From assembly GCA_041751055.1 (NCBI GenBank), contig JBGSYD010000001.1, forward strand, positions 121,347 to 185,346: a stretch of DNA of 64,000 bases. Reading direction: 5' to 3'. This stretch comes from Acidimicrobiia bacterium. Its GTDB lineage: Bacteria; Actinomycetota; Acidimicrobiia; Spongiisociales; ZC4RG35. The notes below the pieces were generated by a model. That model saw only the letters and a program-made list of their open reading frames with translations. It had not been told where the DNA came from and did not search any database. Both the position numbers and the translations under genes were made by a program. Below, piece by piece: positions 9,920 through 20,010 of this stretch (positions are counted from its first letter, which is position 1; each line of letters opens with the position of its first letter).

Positions 9920-10417
9920 ATGTTCGAATCTCCGTTACAGCGTGCGTTGTCTCGATTCAACTCACCTCAGGCTACTGAGTGGGACTACGCAAACGAGCTC
10001 AACACCATGGCGGAGTGGCTTTGCCACGGTGCGGAGAGCTCAAGAGCGCTCCATGACGCGACTGGTTCCCTCGATACCTTCCGGGGGCCAACGATGGTCA
10101 GGCGCTGGCTCCATGCGCTGACCACATTTGAAGTACACGCCGGCCGGGGAAGGTGCTCACACGACATATATTTGGATGCGGTCGTCGAGGGAAATCCGTT
10201 TCGGGGACCCGGCAATCGCAACGGGCTCGACGAGGAGCTCGATCGGCGCATGGAGGTTCTCGACCGCCTTGCCCAGCTGTCTGATAACTATCGATGTGCT
10301 CTGTTGTTGAAAGAGGGCTACGGCCTCACAGTGGCAAAGACGGCCCAATTACTGGGAACTTCGCCGGCATCGGTGCGTTCCATCTTGTACCGGGCCCGCC
10401 AGGTCATCAGGACCTGA
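9920..10417 (+). CDS. ECF-sigma-like protein with a clear region 4 and a degenerate region 2
   Basis: C-terminal LAQLSDNYRCALLLKEGYGLTVAKTAQLLGTSPASVRSILYRAR; start at ATG 9920 inside track ORF 9242..10417. Confidence 0.65.
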   Translation: MFESPLQRALSRFNSPQATEWDYANELNTMAEWLCHGAESSRALHDATGSLDTFRGPTMVRRWLHALTTFEVHAGRGRCSHDIYLDAVVEGNPFRGPGNRNGLDEELDRRMEVLDRLAQLSDNYRCALLLKEGYGLTVAKTAQLLGTSPASVRSILYRARQVIRT

Positions 10418-10477
10418 GCGCCTGAGTCTTACGACCGTGTCCTACAATGCCGTCCCGCACAACCAGCGGAGGGCATC

Positions 10478-11068
10478 ATCGACATTGCAGTACTCGCCTC
10501 AGGTTCGGGTACAAATCTTCAAGCGCTAATCGATACCGAGGACCTAGGTGCCCGGATCGCGGTGGTCATTTCAGATCGACCCGCATCGGGAGCGCTGAGC
10601 AGGGCAGCGGCGGTGGGGATAGAAACCAGAGTGATCCCCTACACAGACTTTGCCGACCGCGACCACTTTTCGGCTGCGATAGCGGACACCGCCATGGGAG
10701 CCGGGGCGGAGGCCATGATCCTGGCGGGGTTCATGCGCATACTCAGCCCGATCGCCATAGCGACATTTCCCGACCGCATCCTCAATATCCACCCTTCCCT
10801 GCTGCCCGCCTTCCCGGGTGCTCACGCCATTGCGCAGGCACTCGCCTACGGCGTGAAAGTGACAGGAGTCACTGTTCACTTCGTCGACGCGGAGGTCGAT
10901 CATGGACCGATAATCGCCCAACGTCCCGTCGCTGTGCTTCCGGGTGACAACGAGCAGTCACTCCACGAACGTATTCAGGCCGAGGAACACCTCCTGTATC
11001 CGGCAGTCGTCAGGGCATTCGCCGCCGGGGACGTCGCAGTTGCAGGTCGCGAGGTGGTCATGTCATGA
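10478..11068 (+). CDS. purN: Phosphoribosylglycinamide formyltransferase (start codon uncertain)
   Basis: IAVLASGSGTNLQALI lies upstream of the track start in the same frame; LAGFMRIL, NIHPSLLPAFPG, DHGPII. Confidence 0.9.
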   Translation: MDIAVLASGSGTNLQALIDTEDLGARIAVVISDRPASGALSRAAAVGIETRVIPYTDFADRDHFSAAIADTAMGAGAEAMILAGFMRILSPIAIATFPDRILNIHPSLLPAFPGAHAIAQALAYGVKVTGVTVHFVDAEVDHGPIIAQRPVAVLPGDNEQSLHERIQAEEHLLYPAVVRAFAAGDVAVAGREVVMS

Positions 11069-12567
11069 GAGTGAAGGTGCTGCGCGCCCTCATCAGCGTT
11101 TATGACAAGTCGGGCCTCGTCGAATTCGTGTCGGGCCTTGTCGACGCGGGGGTCGAGATCGTGTCCTCCGGCGGAACCGCCACGGCGCTGTCCGACGCAG
11201 GGTTGAAAGTCGTCGCAGTCAGTGATGTCACCGGGTCTCCCGAGATCTTCGGCGGCCGGGTCAAGACGCTGCACCCGAAGATTCATGGTGGGATTCTGGC
11301 AAGACCCGGCGTGCCACAGGACCACAAAGACTTGGTCGACAACGACATCCAACCTTTCCAGCTCGTCGTCGCCAACCTCTACCCCTTCCGGGAGACTCTC
11401 TCTAGTCCTGAAGCCGACGAGTCGACGATTGTCGAGATGATTGACATCGGCGGCCCCGCCATGGTGCGTGCTGCTGCCAAGAACCATGAGTACGTCGGTG
11501 TCGTCACCGATCCGGGCCAGTACGGGGCCGTGTTGGATGCCATTCAGGGTGGCGGACTTGACGACGCCTTGAGGCGAGACCTCGCAGCGGACGCCTTCTT
11601 TGCCACGGCTTCGTATGACGCGGCGATCGTCGGGTGGCTGGGAAAAGACCTCGTGATTCCGCTGCGATCGTTTAGCGATCTCCGTTACGGAGAGAATCCA
11701 CATCAGGATGCGACCCTTTTTCTCGAGGACGGTGCTGGGCCGTGGTGGAAGGTGGCGCGGCAGTATCAAGGCAAAGAAATGTCGTTCAACAACTACGCCG
11801 ATGCCGATGCGGCATGGCGTCTGGCGTGTGACATGCCTGAGGCGTCGGTGGCCGTTGTCAAACACACCAATCCTGCCGGATTTGCCTATGCCGAGGAGGT
11901 TGCGGTCGCATTCCAGAAGGCATGGGATGGTGATCCTCTGTCGGCGTTCGGAAGCGTGATCGCAGTCAACGGCCAGCTTGATGCTGAAACTGCGAACCTG
12001 ATAGCCGAGCGTTTTATCGAGGTTGTCGTCTGCAGTTCGATCACACCCGAGGCTCTTGCGATTCTGGCCACAAAACAGAATCTGAGAGTTCTCGAGGCAC
12101 CGCAGCCGGGCCGCTCGGGGCGCGATATGAGGCAAATCGAGGGAGGGTTCCTGGTCCAGGATCTGGATTCCGACGTCGGGGAGGTGTGGGTAACGGTCTC
12201 AGATCGGATGCCGTCCGAGGACGAGATGGTTCAACTGAGTACGGCGATGACGGTAGCGATGCACACCAAATCGAATGCGATTGTCATCTTCAAGGATTTC
12301 GCCGCTGTTGGAGTGGGTGCCGGTGATCAGTCCCGCGTTGGTGCCGGCAAACGTGCAGTTGCCCAGGCGGGAGAACGGGCCCGGGGTGCAGTTGCGGCCT
12401 CGGATGCCTTTTTTCCATTTCGAGATGGGCTGGACACTCTTGTCGAGGCCGGGGTCACGGCGATCGTCGAGCCCGGTGGTTCAAAGAACGACCAGGAGAT
12501 CATCAACGCAGCGAATGAGCACGGGATCGCGCTCGTTTTTTCTCAAAACAGGCATTTCAAACACTGA
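11065..12567 (+). CDS. purH: AICAR transformylase/IMP cyclohydrolase
   Basis: RALISVYDK, GGRVKTLHP, IDIGGP, LRYGENPHQ, ASDAFFPFRDG, RHFKH. Confidence 0.97.
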   Translation: MRVKVLRALISVYDKSGLVEFVSGLVDAGVEIVSSGGTATALSDAGLKVVAVSDVTGSPEIFGGRVKTLHPKIHGGILARPGVPQDHKDLVDNDIQPFQLVVANLYPFRETLSSPEADESTIVEMIDIGGPAMVRAAAKNHEYVGVVTDPGQYGAVLDAIQGGGLDDALRRDLAADAFFATASYDAAIVGWLGKDLVIPLRSFSDLRYGENPHQDATLFLEDGAGPWWKVARQYQGKEMSFNNYADADAAWRLACDMPEASVAVVKHTNPAGFAYAEEVAVAFQKAWDGDPLSAFGSVIAVNGQLDAETANLIAERFIEVVVCSSITPEALAILATKQNLRVLEAPQPGRSGRDMRQIEGGFLVQDLDSDVGEVWVTVSDRMPSEDEMVQLSTAMTVAMHTKSNAIVIFKDFAAVGVGAGDQSRVGAGKRAVAQAGERARGAVAASDAFFPFRDGLDTLVEAGVTAIVEPGGSKNDQEIINAANEHGIALVFSQNRHFKH

Positions 12568-13418
12568 TGTCTGCCCGGATTCTCGACGGAAAGTTGGTGG
12601 CTTCGGCCGTCAAGGACGAGGTTGCAGCCGCGGTATCACAGCTGAGTTACACGCCGGGATTGGCCACCGTCCTGGTGGGTGATGATCCGGCGTCGCACAC
12701 CTATGTCCGGGGCAAGCGCAGAGATGCGGCTGAAGTCGGCATCCACTCGATACATCACGAACTGAGCGATGACACATCCCAGTCCGATCTTCTCTCGGTC
12801 ATCGACGTACTGAATGCAGACGAGCAGGTAGATGGGATCCTGGTGCAACTGCCGCTACCCACAGGGATCGACGCGCAGACCGTTGTGGAGGCGATTGATC
12901 CGTCGAAAGACGTCGATGGGCTGCACCCTTTCAACCTCGGCCTTATGGTCCTCGATCGCCCCGGGCTGCGGCCGTGCACGCCGGGCGGGATCATGCGGAT
13001 CCTCGACCACTACGGCATCGCCACATCCGGATCCCGGGCGGTCGTGATCGGTCGATCTTTCCTGGTGGGCCGCCCGCTCGCTCTCATGCTGGCCAGTCGG
13101 GGAGCCGATGCCACGGTCTCGGTCGCCCATTCGCGGACAGCAGATCTTGCTGCTGTGACGTTGGAGGCGGACATCTTGGTTGCCGCCGTTGGCTCACCGG
13201 GCCTGATCACTGCCGACCACGTCAAAGTGGGTGCCGTGGTCATCGATGTCGGGATCAACCGCACGGAAGCAGGTCTCGTTGGTGACGTCGACTTCGACAG
13301 TGTCTCGGCGGTTGCCTCAGCCATAACACCCGTTCCCGGTGGCGTGGGGCCCATGACGCGGGCGATGCTCCTTGTGAACACCCTGCGCGCCGCCCATGCC
13401 CGAAGGCTGACCAACTAG
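12567..13418 (+). CDS. folD: Methylene-THF dehydrogenase/cyclohydrolase
   Basis: GILVQLPLP, KDVDGLHP, PCTP, TPVPGGVGPMT. Confidence 0.97.
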   Translation: MSARILDGKLVASAVKDEVAAAVSQLSYTPGLATVLVGDDPASHTYVRGKRRDAAEVGIHSIHHELSDDTSQSDLLSVIDVLNADEQVDGILVQLPLPTGIDAQTVVEAIDPSKDVDGLHPFNLGLMVLDRPGLRPCTPGGIMRILDHYGIATSGSRAVVIGRSFLVGRPLALMLASRGADATVSVAHSRTADLAAVTLEADILVAAVGSPGLITADHVKVGAVVIDVGINRTEAGLVGDVDFDSVSAVASAITPVPGGVGPMTRAMLLVNTLRAAHARRLTN

Positions 13419-14002
13419 CCCAGGCCGGCCACGCTGAACAGGACATGGAAAGGCTGGCAGTAGATGACCACGCTGCCGAACTGCTCCAGGTCGATTTCGG
13501 AGGGTATGTCGTAGTTCTGGTCCCCGATGTTTCCCTTCAGAGACCCGAGATCTACGTAGCCCTCGACATCTTCACGGGTGGCGGGGTCGGAGTTGGGGAC
13601 CAAGAGCACATGCAGGTCGGGACCGTTGGTGACCTCGAAGTCCTCGAGTCGAAGGACCCGGCTCCCATCTTCTAGCTCATAGACAGTCGCTGTCCCCGAT
13701 CCCATGTGGAAGTCATCCGCATTGCGAAACTCGCCCGTGGAAAGAGCAGCAGGCTCGGAACCACCGTCTGGCATCGCCTCCGCGGAGGGGACATCATCTC
13801 CTTCTGCCGCATCTTCCATCGCCTGTTCTACCTCTTCCTGAGTCATGTCGTCAGGGACTTGGGCCGATGCCGACAGGGGAAAGTATTCATTGACCTCCCG
13901 GTCGAGAAAGAGTGGGGATAGGAGCCACCATGCCAGGACCAAGGCGGGAATCCCGAGGACCACGGCGGCGATGCTCACGTTCCGCTTGTTGATGACGCTC
14001 AT
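13415..14002 (-). CDS. DM13 domain protein, membrane anchored
   Basis: H.GSG.A, GPDLHV.L, LKGNIGDQNY, SVVIYC..F.V.F. Confidence 0.88.
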   Translation of the reverse strand: MSVINKRNVSIAAVVLGIPALVLAWWLLSPLFLDREVNEYFPLSASAQVPDDMTQEEVEQAMEDAAEGDDVPSAEAMPDGGSEPAALSTGEFRNADDFHMGSGTATVYELEDGSRVLRLEDFEVTNGPDLHVLLVPNSDPATREDVEGYVDLGSLKGNIGDQNYDIPSEIDLEQFGSVVIYCQPFHVLFSVAGLG

Positions 14003-14091
14003 GGGCGCCCAACCTACCGTGCCGCGAGAAAGTGAAGGTAAATACGCACCGCTAGGCTGGCGTTTCCTCAGATCTTCAGGAGAAACACTGC

Positions 14092-15294
14092 ATGGGCACT
14101 GCGATAAAGATGGGACCGGACGGTCTCGAAGTACCGAACGACCCGATCATCCCGTTCATCGAGGGCGATGGAATCGGCCCCGACATTTGGGCCGCTGCGG
14201 TAAGGGTCTTCGATAACGCCGTTCTGCGAGCGTACGGAGGCGACCGCAACGTTGAATGGAAGGAAGTGCTGGCGGGGCAGAAGGCTTTCGATGCAACTGG
14301 CTCATGGCTGCCCGACGAGACGGTTGATGCATTCTCTACCTATCTGGTTGGCATCAAAGGCCCGCTCACGACTCCGGTCGGGGGAGGGATTCGATCGTTG
14401 AACGTGGCCTTGCGCCAATTGCTCGATCTTTACGCGTGCGTCCGGCCAATTCGTTGGTACGACGGTGTCCCGTCTCCAGTGAAGGATCCGGGTGCCGTTG
14501 ACATGGTGATCTTCCGTGAGAACACCGAGGACGTCTACGCCGGGAAGGAAGTCGAAGAGGGGACCGAGGATGCCAAGAAGTTGCTCGAATTCCTCGAGTC
14601 CGAGTTCGGTTGGGAAATCAGGCCCGACTCCGGCCTTGGCTTGAAGCCGGTTTCGATAACCGGATCAAAACGTCTGGTCAGAGCGGCCATCAAGTACGCC
14701 CTCGCCAATGGTCGGAAGTCGGTGACCCTGGTTCACAAGGGCAACATTATGAAGTTCACCGAAGGCGCCTTCCGCAATTGGGGTTACGAGGTCGTGAAGG
14801 AGGAATTCTCCGACAAGGCCGTTTCTTGGGAAGACAGCGGGGGCGACCCCGGAGACAAGCTCCTCGTCCAGGACGTCATCGCCGATGCCATGTTGCAACA
14901 GGTACTCACCCGGCCGGCAAACTACGACGTGATCGCCACAACCAACCTGAACGGTGACTACCTGTCGGATGCCCTGGCCGCCCAGGTGGGTGGAATCGGC
15001 ATAGCTCCTGGTGGGAACATCAACTACGACACCGGTGTGGCCATCTTCGAAGCTACCCATGGGACTGCTCCCAAATATGCGGGCCAGGACAAGGTGAATC
15101 CGGGTTCGGTGATTCTGAGCGGTGAGATGATGTTCCGCTATCTGGGCTGGGACGCCGTTGCCGACCTCATCGTGAAGGGTATCGAGGGGGCCATCGCCGC
15201 CAAGACAGTGACCTATGACTTTGCCCGTCTCACCGACGACGCCACCGAAGTCAAAACATCAGAATTTGGCGACGCCATTATTTCACACATGTAG
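14092..15294 (+). CDS. icd: Isocitrate dehydrogenase (dimeric, NADP type)
   Basis: [54 protein letters not shown]. Confidence 0.97.
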   Translation: MGTAIKMGPDGLEVPNDPIIPFIEGDGIGPDIWAAAVRVFDNAVLRAYGGDRNVEWKEVLAGQKAFDATGSWLPDETVDAFSTYLVGIKGPLTTPVGGGIRSLNVALRQLLDLYACVRPIRWYDGVPSPVKDPGAVDMVIFRENTEDVYAGKEVEEGTEDAKKLLEFLESEFGWEIRPDSGLGLKPVSITGSKRLVRAAIKYALANGRKSVTLVHKGNIMKFTEGAFRNWGYEVVKEEFSDKAVSWEDSGGDPGDKLLVQDVIADAMLQQVLTRPANYDVIATTNLNGDYLSDALAAQVGGIGIAPGGNINYDTGVAIFEATHGTAPKYAGQDKVNPGSVILSGEMMFRYLGWDAVADLIVKGIEGAIAAKTVTYDFARLTDDATEVKTSEFGDAIISHM

Positions 15295-15346
15295 GAGGCT
15301 GCGGGCTGGGTTGGAATGGGTGTGTCTTGCTGGTGGGGGTCCGCCC

Positions 15347-16642
15347 TTAGGCGGTTCGTCGTAGGGGTGGTGTTATCGGCGGTGGGTTGGCGAGGTAGTT
15401 CTGAATGGCGTCGATGCCGGCGAATGTTGGGTGGCGTTCGAAGATGGTTCCCCATTTGGTGATCCAGATGATCTCTCCGTTCGGGTCGCCTTTGATGGTC
15501 CATCCGTCGTGGTGGATGAGCCGGTGGTGGTACCCGCACAGGGTGATGAGATTGTTGAGGTCGGTGGGTCCGCCGTCGGCCCAGTGGACGATGTGGTGGA
15601 TGTGGAGCCAGAGGGTGCGTTTGCATCCGGGGAACCGGCAGCCCTGGTCGCGGGTCCGTGTGATTCGGGTGAGCCAGGTGGGTATGTTGCGGGCGGTGCG
15701 GCCGATTCCGATTACCCCGCTGGTGGCGTCGGCGACGACGAGTTGGATGCGGGCGTCGCAGGCGAGACGTCTTAGCGTCTCGTAGCTGATGGTGGTGCCT
15801 TCGGGGATCGTTGTCCCGTCGCCGATGGTCGCCTGAGGGGCATTGTGGAGGTCCTGGAGGGCTTCGAGAGTGGTTTCGACGATGAGGGTGGCCCGATCGT
15901 GGTCGGTGTCGGCGGCGAGGGTTTCTGACCCCATTTGGATTAATGCGTCGGCGAGTCGGACTCCGTGTTCGGGACAGCTTCCGTCGTAGGGGTCGAGGTC
16001 GACCTGGCCGGCTTTGCGGGTGAGGGCAGTGATGAAGGTGGCTCCTTCGTCGTCGGGCAGGACAACATGCATTTCGAAAACCGGCTTGTCGTCAGAGAAC
16101 TCATAGGTCACATACCTTGACTCCCGGGCTTCGGTTGCTTGTTTGTCGTCGACGTTGCGGGTCTGGGCTCTTATCACAGATGGTTCCAGATCAGGTGCCG
16201 TAGCAACCAACTCGGCGTCGGTCTCGGGTGTGGCGATAGTGATCACGGCCCGCAACTGGTCCCACGACAACCGGCCTGCGGCGAAAGCAGCCCGGATCTG
16301 GGGGAGTCCAGGTAACACCAGCGCGATCTTGGCCAGGGTCCGTCCGGTATGACGGGTCATCCGATACCGGGCAGTGACCCACTCGGCTAGTGATGGTGAA
16401 CCATCGTCGACCCATACCCCATTGGTGTCTGCTTCGATGAGACAGTCCACCAACATGAGATAAGAGGCGTTGAGCTGAACTATGGCGTCGTCAACGATGC
16501 GGACCCGCGCCTGGTGGCGCTCGTAGACCTGTTCTGTCGTGTCCTCCCCTGACCGCGGTGGGGCGATCTCGAGTTCTGACTCGTAATCGTGATGTTGATG
16601 TTCGAGACCCGCTCCCCTCGACACTACCTGTGAATCGAACAT
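15347..16642 (-). CDS. DUF222 (13E12-repeat-like) protein with a C-terminal HNH endonuclease
   Basis: RRLACDA, GRTAR, RDQGCRFPGC, HHIVHWADGGPTDLNNLITLCGYHHRLIH; start inferred at MFDSQ inside the LexA box. Confidence 0.9.
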   Translation of the reverse strand: MFDSQVVSRGAGLEHQHHDYESELEIAPPRSGEDTTEQVYERHQARVRIVDDAIVQLNASYLMLVDCLIEADTNGVWVDDGSPSLAEWVTARYRMTRHTGRTLAKIALVLPGLPQIRAAFAAGRLSWDQLRAVITIATPETDAELVATAPDLEPSVIRAQTRNVDDKQATEARESRYVTYEFSDDKPVFEMHVVLPDDEGATFITALTRKAGQVDLDPYDGSCPEHGVRLADALIQMGSETLAADTDHDRATLIVETTLEALQDLHNAPQATIGDGTTIPEGTTISYETLRRLACDARIQLVVADATSGVIGIGRTARNIPTWLTRITRTRDQGCRFPGCKRTLWLHIHHIVHWADGGPTDLNNLITLCGYHHRLIHHDGWTIKGDPNGEIIWITKWGTIFERHPTFAGIDAIQNYLANPPPITPPLRRTA

Positions 16643-16650
16643 ATGTTCGA
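16635..16650. promoter_or_regulatory. LexA (SOS) box
   Basis: Perfect palindrome TCGAACATATGTTCGA matching the actinobacterial TCGAAC-N4-GTTCGA. Confidence 0.88.
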
Positions 16651-16779
16651 TTGTGACACAATCCTCCAGACAATACAAGTCTTTTCTCCCGAAATTCCTG
16701 GACCGAATTTAGAGATGCCCGCGGAAATGACCACGGACTGACCCAGCAGGTGACCTACCCCGTGAGCGCTCCAGACCGC

Positions 16780-17535
16780 TCAGTCCCGGCCGGAGAAGTA
16801 GGAGATCAGCCTCAGCAGCTCCAGGTACAGCCAGACCACGGTGACCATTAGACCGAAGGCGGCGAACCATGACATCCAACCCGGTGCGCCTTGCTTGATC
16901 CCGTTCTCGATCAGGTCGAAGTCCAGCAGCAGGTTGAAAGCGGCAACACCGACGATCAGCACGCTGATGCCGATGCTGAGCAGCCCACCATCCCAGACAT
17001 AGGGGATGTTCACGCCGAACAGATTGAGCACGATCGAAGCGACGTAGAACAAGGCGATACCAGCGGTGGCCAGCACGATGGTGGATCGGAGCCGATCGGT
17101 GACCTTGATGATTCGGGTCGAGTAGAGGAAAAGCATGGATGCGAACACTGCGAGGGTCGCCAGAATCGCCTGGAACACGATCCCGTCATACAACGTCTCG
17201 TAGATGTTCGAGATGGCACCAACCAGGACACCCTCGGCGAGTGCGTACAACGGGGCGGTCACTCTTGCCCATTGGGGTCTGACCATCGTCACGATCAGCA
17301 GGCCAAACAGCGCAAGGATCGAGACCAGGAGGATTCCCCTGATCGATTCGGCGTTGGCCCAACCAAATATCGCCCCACCGAGCAGAAGCAGGAACAAGAA
17401 CCCGGTAGCCCGCATGACATCGCCCATCGTCATCCGATCTCCGGGGGACGTGATGATCGATGGTTGGGTCGGGAGCTGGGTCCCTCGTGAGGTGGTTCTC
17501 TCGCCCCACTGACGGGTCAAAACTGGGTTAGCCAT
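16780..17535 (-). CDS. Bax inhibitor-1/YccA family membrane protein
   Basis: YALAEG, LLDFDLIE.G, AFGLMVTVVWLYLELLRL; start MANPVL with TACAAT 6 nt upstream. Confidence 0.88.
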   Translation of the reverse strand: MANPVLTRQWGERTTSRGTQLPTQPSIITSPGDRMTMGDVMRATGFLFLLLLGGAIFGWANAESIRGILLVSILALFGLLIVTMVRPQWARVTAPLYALAEGVLVGAISNIYETLYDGIVFQAILATLAVFASMLFLYSTRIIKVTDRLRSTIVLATAGIALFYVASIVLNLFGVNIPYVWDGGLLSIGISVLIVGVAAFNLLLDFDLIENGIKQGAPGWMSWFAAFGLMVTVVWLYLELLRLISYFSGRD

Positions 17536-17601
17536 AGCGACATTGTAGATGGGCTCGGGTGGGTTCCGACCCGCCGCTCCAGCCGTTTTCGTCGGATCAA
17601 C

Positions 17602-17627
17602 CAATCCACAGCTCTCCTGACTGCGAA
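17602..17627 (+). promoter_or_regulatory. Putative SigK-like ECF promoter of the DUF4331 operon
   Basis: CAATCC-N16-CGAA about 45 nt before the ATG, resembling the SigK-type (CCATCC..CGAA) consensus. Confidence 0.55.
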
Positions 17628-17670
17628 CAACGCGACGGAGGCCACACGGGTCTCCACGTAAGGAGGCAAA

Positions 17671-18648
17671 ATGAAACGATTCGCAAAAGCGCCACGAATG
17701 GTCGTGCTGCTCGTTGCGATGGCTCTTGTCGGACTTGCAGCTGTCCCAGCAACCCTGGGCGCCGCAGACCACTTGGATGCCCCCGGTCTGACCTCACCTG
17801 GCGGTGACGGTCGTCTGGACATCACGGACGTTTATGCGTTCAAGAACGGTGAGAACACGGTGCTCATCATGGGTGTCAATCCGGCAGCGGGAGTCTTCAG
17901 CCCACTGACGTTCAGTGAGGGCGCCAGATACGGGTTCGAGATCGACACAGATGGTGACGCCAAAGACGACTTGTCGTACAAGTTCACCTTTGGAGCGCCG
18001 GACAGCGATGGCAACCAGAGCGTCCGACTGATCAAGTCGACCAAGGGCAACGAGATAATTGCTGAAGGGACCACCGGAGAGGACATCTCGGTACAGGGCG
18101 GCGGCACTTTGCGCGCCGGTCTGTTCGATGATCCGTTCTTCTTCGACCTCAATGCATTTCTCGGCTCATATGCGTTCTGTGAAGCGCCCGGAGGGCCAGC
18201 GGGCTCATCCGGTAGCGACTTCTTTGCCGGGCTGAATGTGTCCGCGATCGTCCTCGAGGTTCCCTCGAGCACTTTCGGATCTGATGACATCGGTGTCTGG
18301 GCCCGTACCGGGCTCGGTAGAAGCCAGGTCGACCGTATGGGTCGTCCTGCAATCAACACGGTGTTCATCCCGTCCGAGTTCAAGAATGCGTTCAACGAGT
18401 CGCTGCCCAAAAAGGATGCCAAGCAATTTGGCGAGTTCCTTGGCGACTTCGCGGGAGTTCTGCTCCCCGACATTCTGACGTTCGACACATCGAGTGACGC
18501 TGGATTCCTGAATGGACGCCAGCTCACAAACGACGTGATCGATATCGAGCTGCAGATCATCAGTGGCGACCCCGCTGCTGGCGACTGCGTCGATGGCAAT
18601 GACGTTGCGTTCCCGGGTGCGTTCCCGTACCTGGCGGACCCCCACTAG
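17671..18648 (+). CDS. Secreted DUF4331 family protein
   Basis: Signal peptide, ADHLDAP, DITDVYAF, DDPFFFD, DRMGRPAIN, NGR.L.NDVID, FPYLA.PH; AGGAGG SD. Confidence 0.88.
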   Translation: MKRFAKAPRMVVLLVAMALVGLAAVPATLGAADHLDAPGLTSPGGDGRLDITDVYAFKNGENTVLIMGVNPAAGVFSPLTFSEGARYGFEIDTDGDAKDDLSYKFTFGAPDSDGNQSVRLIKSTKGNEIIAEGTTGEDISVQGGGTLRAGLFDDPFFFDLNAFLGSYAFCEAPGGPAGSSGSDFFAGLNVSAIVLEVPSSTFGSDDIGVWARTGLGRSQVDRMGRPAINTVFIPSEFKNAFNESLPKKDAKQFGEFLGDFAGVLLPDILTFDTSSDAGFLNGRQLTNDVIDIELQIISGDPAAGDCVDGNDVAFPGAFPYLADPH

Positions 18649-18726
18649 AGAGCCATGAGCTGAATCACGAGTGGGTCGGTTTGCCGGCCCACCGTGGTCC
18701 TGTTCAAAAAGGAGGAATGGATTCAG

Positions 18727-20010
18727 ATGAGACGAAAGCTCTCGGGGGTCATCGCCGCAATCGTCATAGGAGCGGTTGTGTTCGGGATTGGCCCGACGTT
18801 CCATAGCGATGCGGGCACCGGCGATGTCGGGCCCTTGGAATCGATCCCGACATCCCAAGCGATCTCGATGTTCCAAAGACGCGTTGAGCTCAACGGCAGC
18901 GACGTGGTGAGCGCCACCATTCTCGGCGAGCTGTTCAGCAGGCAGGCCCGGGAGACCGGTGACGTATCCAAGCTCGAGAAGGCCGAGGCCGCCCTCGACC
19001 GCGCCCTGTTGTCGGTGCCGGACTACCCGCGCGCCCAGACCGCGTTGTCGTCGGTTTACATAGCCCAACACAGATTTTCCGAAGCTCTTGTCTTGGCGCG
19101 GATAGCAAACGCGGCCGATCCAGACGGCGGCGCCATCATCACAATTGGTGACGCCCAGCTCGCATTGGGCCGGTACCAACAGGCCCGGGAGACCTTCCTG
19201 ACGGCAATGGACCACTTTTCAGCAACTGTGGTTAGCGCCCGCCTTGCCCACTTGGATGAGATTTATGGAGACCTCGGGGGAGCGCGGCTCACGATGGACA
19301 AAGCGGCGGCCGCCTTCCTCGACGCGGGTGGATCCGGGGAAACCGCAGCATGGTTTCAGATGAGGAGAGGTGACCTCGCATTTGCCTCGGGTGCCTATGG
19401 CGACGCGATAGCTGCCTATGAGATGTCACTCGAAATCCTTCCCGACTACCCGGCTTCGCTTGCTGGACTCGCCCGCTCACTCGAAGCTATCGGGGACCGA
19501 GCCGGTGCGTTCGCCGCATATGAAAAGGCGATGTCAGTTCAGCCTCTGCCCGGGATCCTTCTAGCCCTCGGCGAGCTGTACGAGCTCGATGGCCAAACAG
19601 ATAAGGCACGCGAGGCTTTTGATACGGTTGGGGTCGTCTCCGACCTAAGCAATGGCCTTTTTGATCTGTCGCTCGTGTTCTACGAGGCCAACCACGGTTC
19701 AGTGTCGAGAGCGGTTGAAACCGCCGAGAAACTTGTCTCGGGGCGTCCAGACCTTTTCTCATATGACGCCCTCGCCTGGGCGCAATTCCAAGCCGGCAAC
19801 CTGGATGCGGCACGTCTGGCTGCCGACCAAGCCTTACAGACCAAGCCTGCCAATGCGATGCTCTGGTACCACTCCGGGGCGATCTGGGCCGGGCTCGGAG
19901 AGGAAGCCAATGCGCTTGCCGATCTCGAAATGGCCCTCAGCCTCTCGCCCGCGTTCGATCCGGTGGCAGTGGCCGAGATTGCCGAGACCATGAGAGCCCT
20001 CCGGCCATGA
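18727..20010 (+). CDS. Exported tetratricopeptide repeat protein
   Basis: N-terminal hydrophobic segment, many TPR-like helices, ARETGD and HRF.EAL motifs. Confidence 0.85.
   Translation: MRRKLSGVIAAIVIGAVVFGIGPTFHSDAGTGDVGPLESIPTSQAISMFQRRVELNGSDVVSATILGELFSRQARETGDVSKLEKAEAALDRALLSVPDYPRAQTALSSVYIAQHRFSEALVLARIANAADPDGGAIITIGDAQLALGRYQQARETFLTAMDHFSATVVSARLAHLDEIYGDLGGARLTMDKAAAAFLDAGGSGETAAWFQMRRGDLAFASGAYGDAIAAYEMSLEILPDYPASLAGLARSLEAIGDRAGAFAAYEKAMSVQPLPGILLALGELYELDGQTDKAREAFDTVGVVSDLSNGLFDLSLVFYEANHGSVSRAVETAEKLVSGRPDLFSYDALAWAQFQAGNLDAARLAADQALQTKPANAMLWYHSGAIWAGLGEEANALADLEMALSLSPAFDPVAVAEIAETMRALRP

Noticed and set aside
10418-10480. ZMP/ZTP riboswitch before purN-purH
   Set aside because: The region is too short and lacks the GACTGGCG and CGCCTGGG elements
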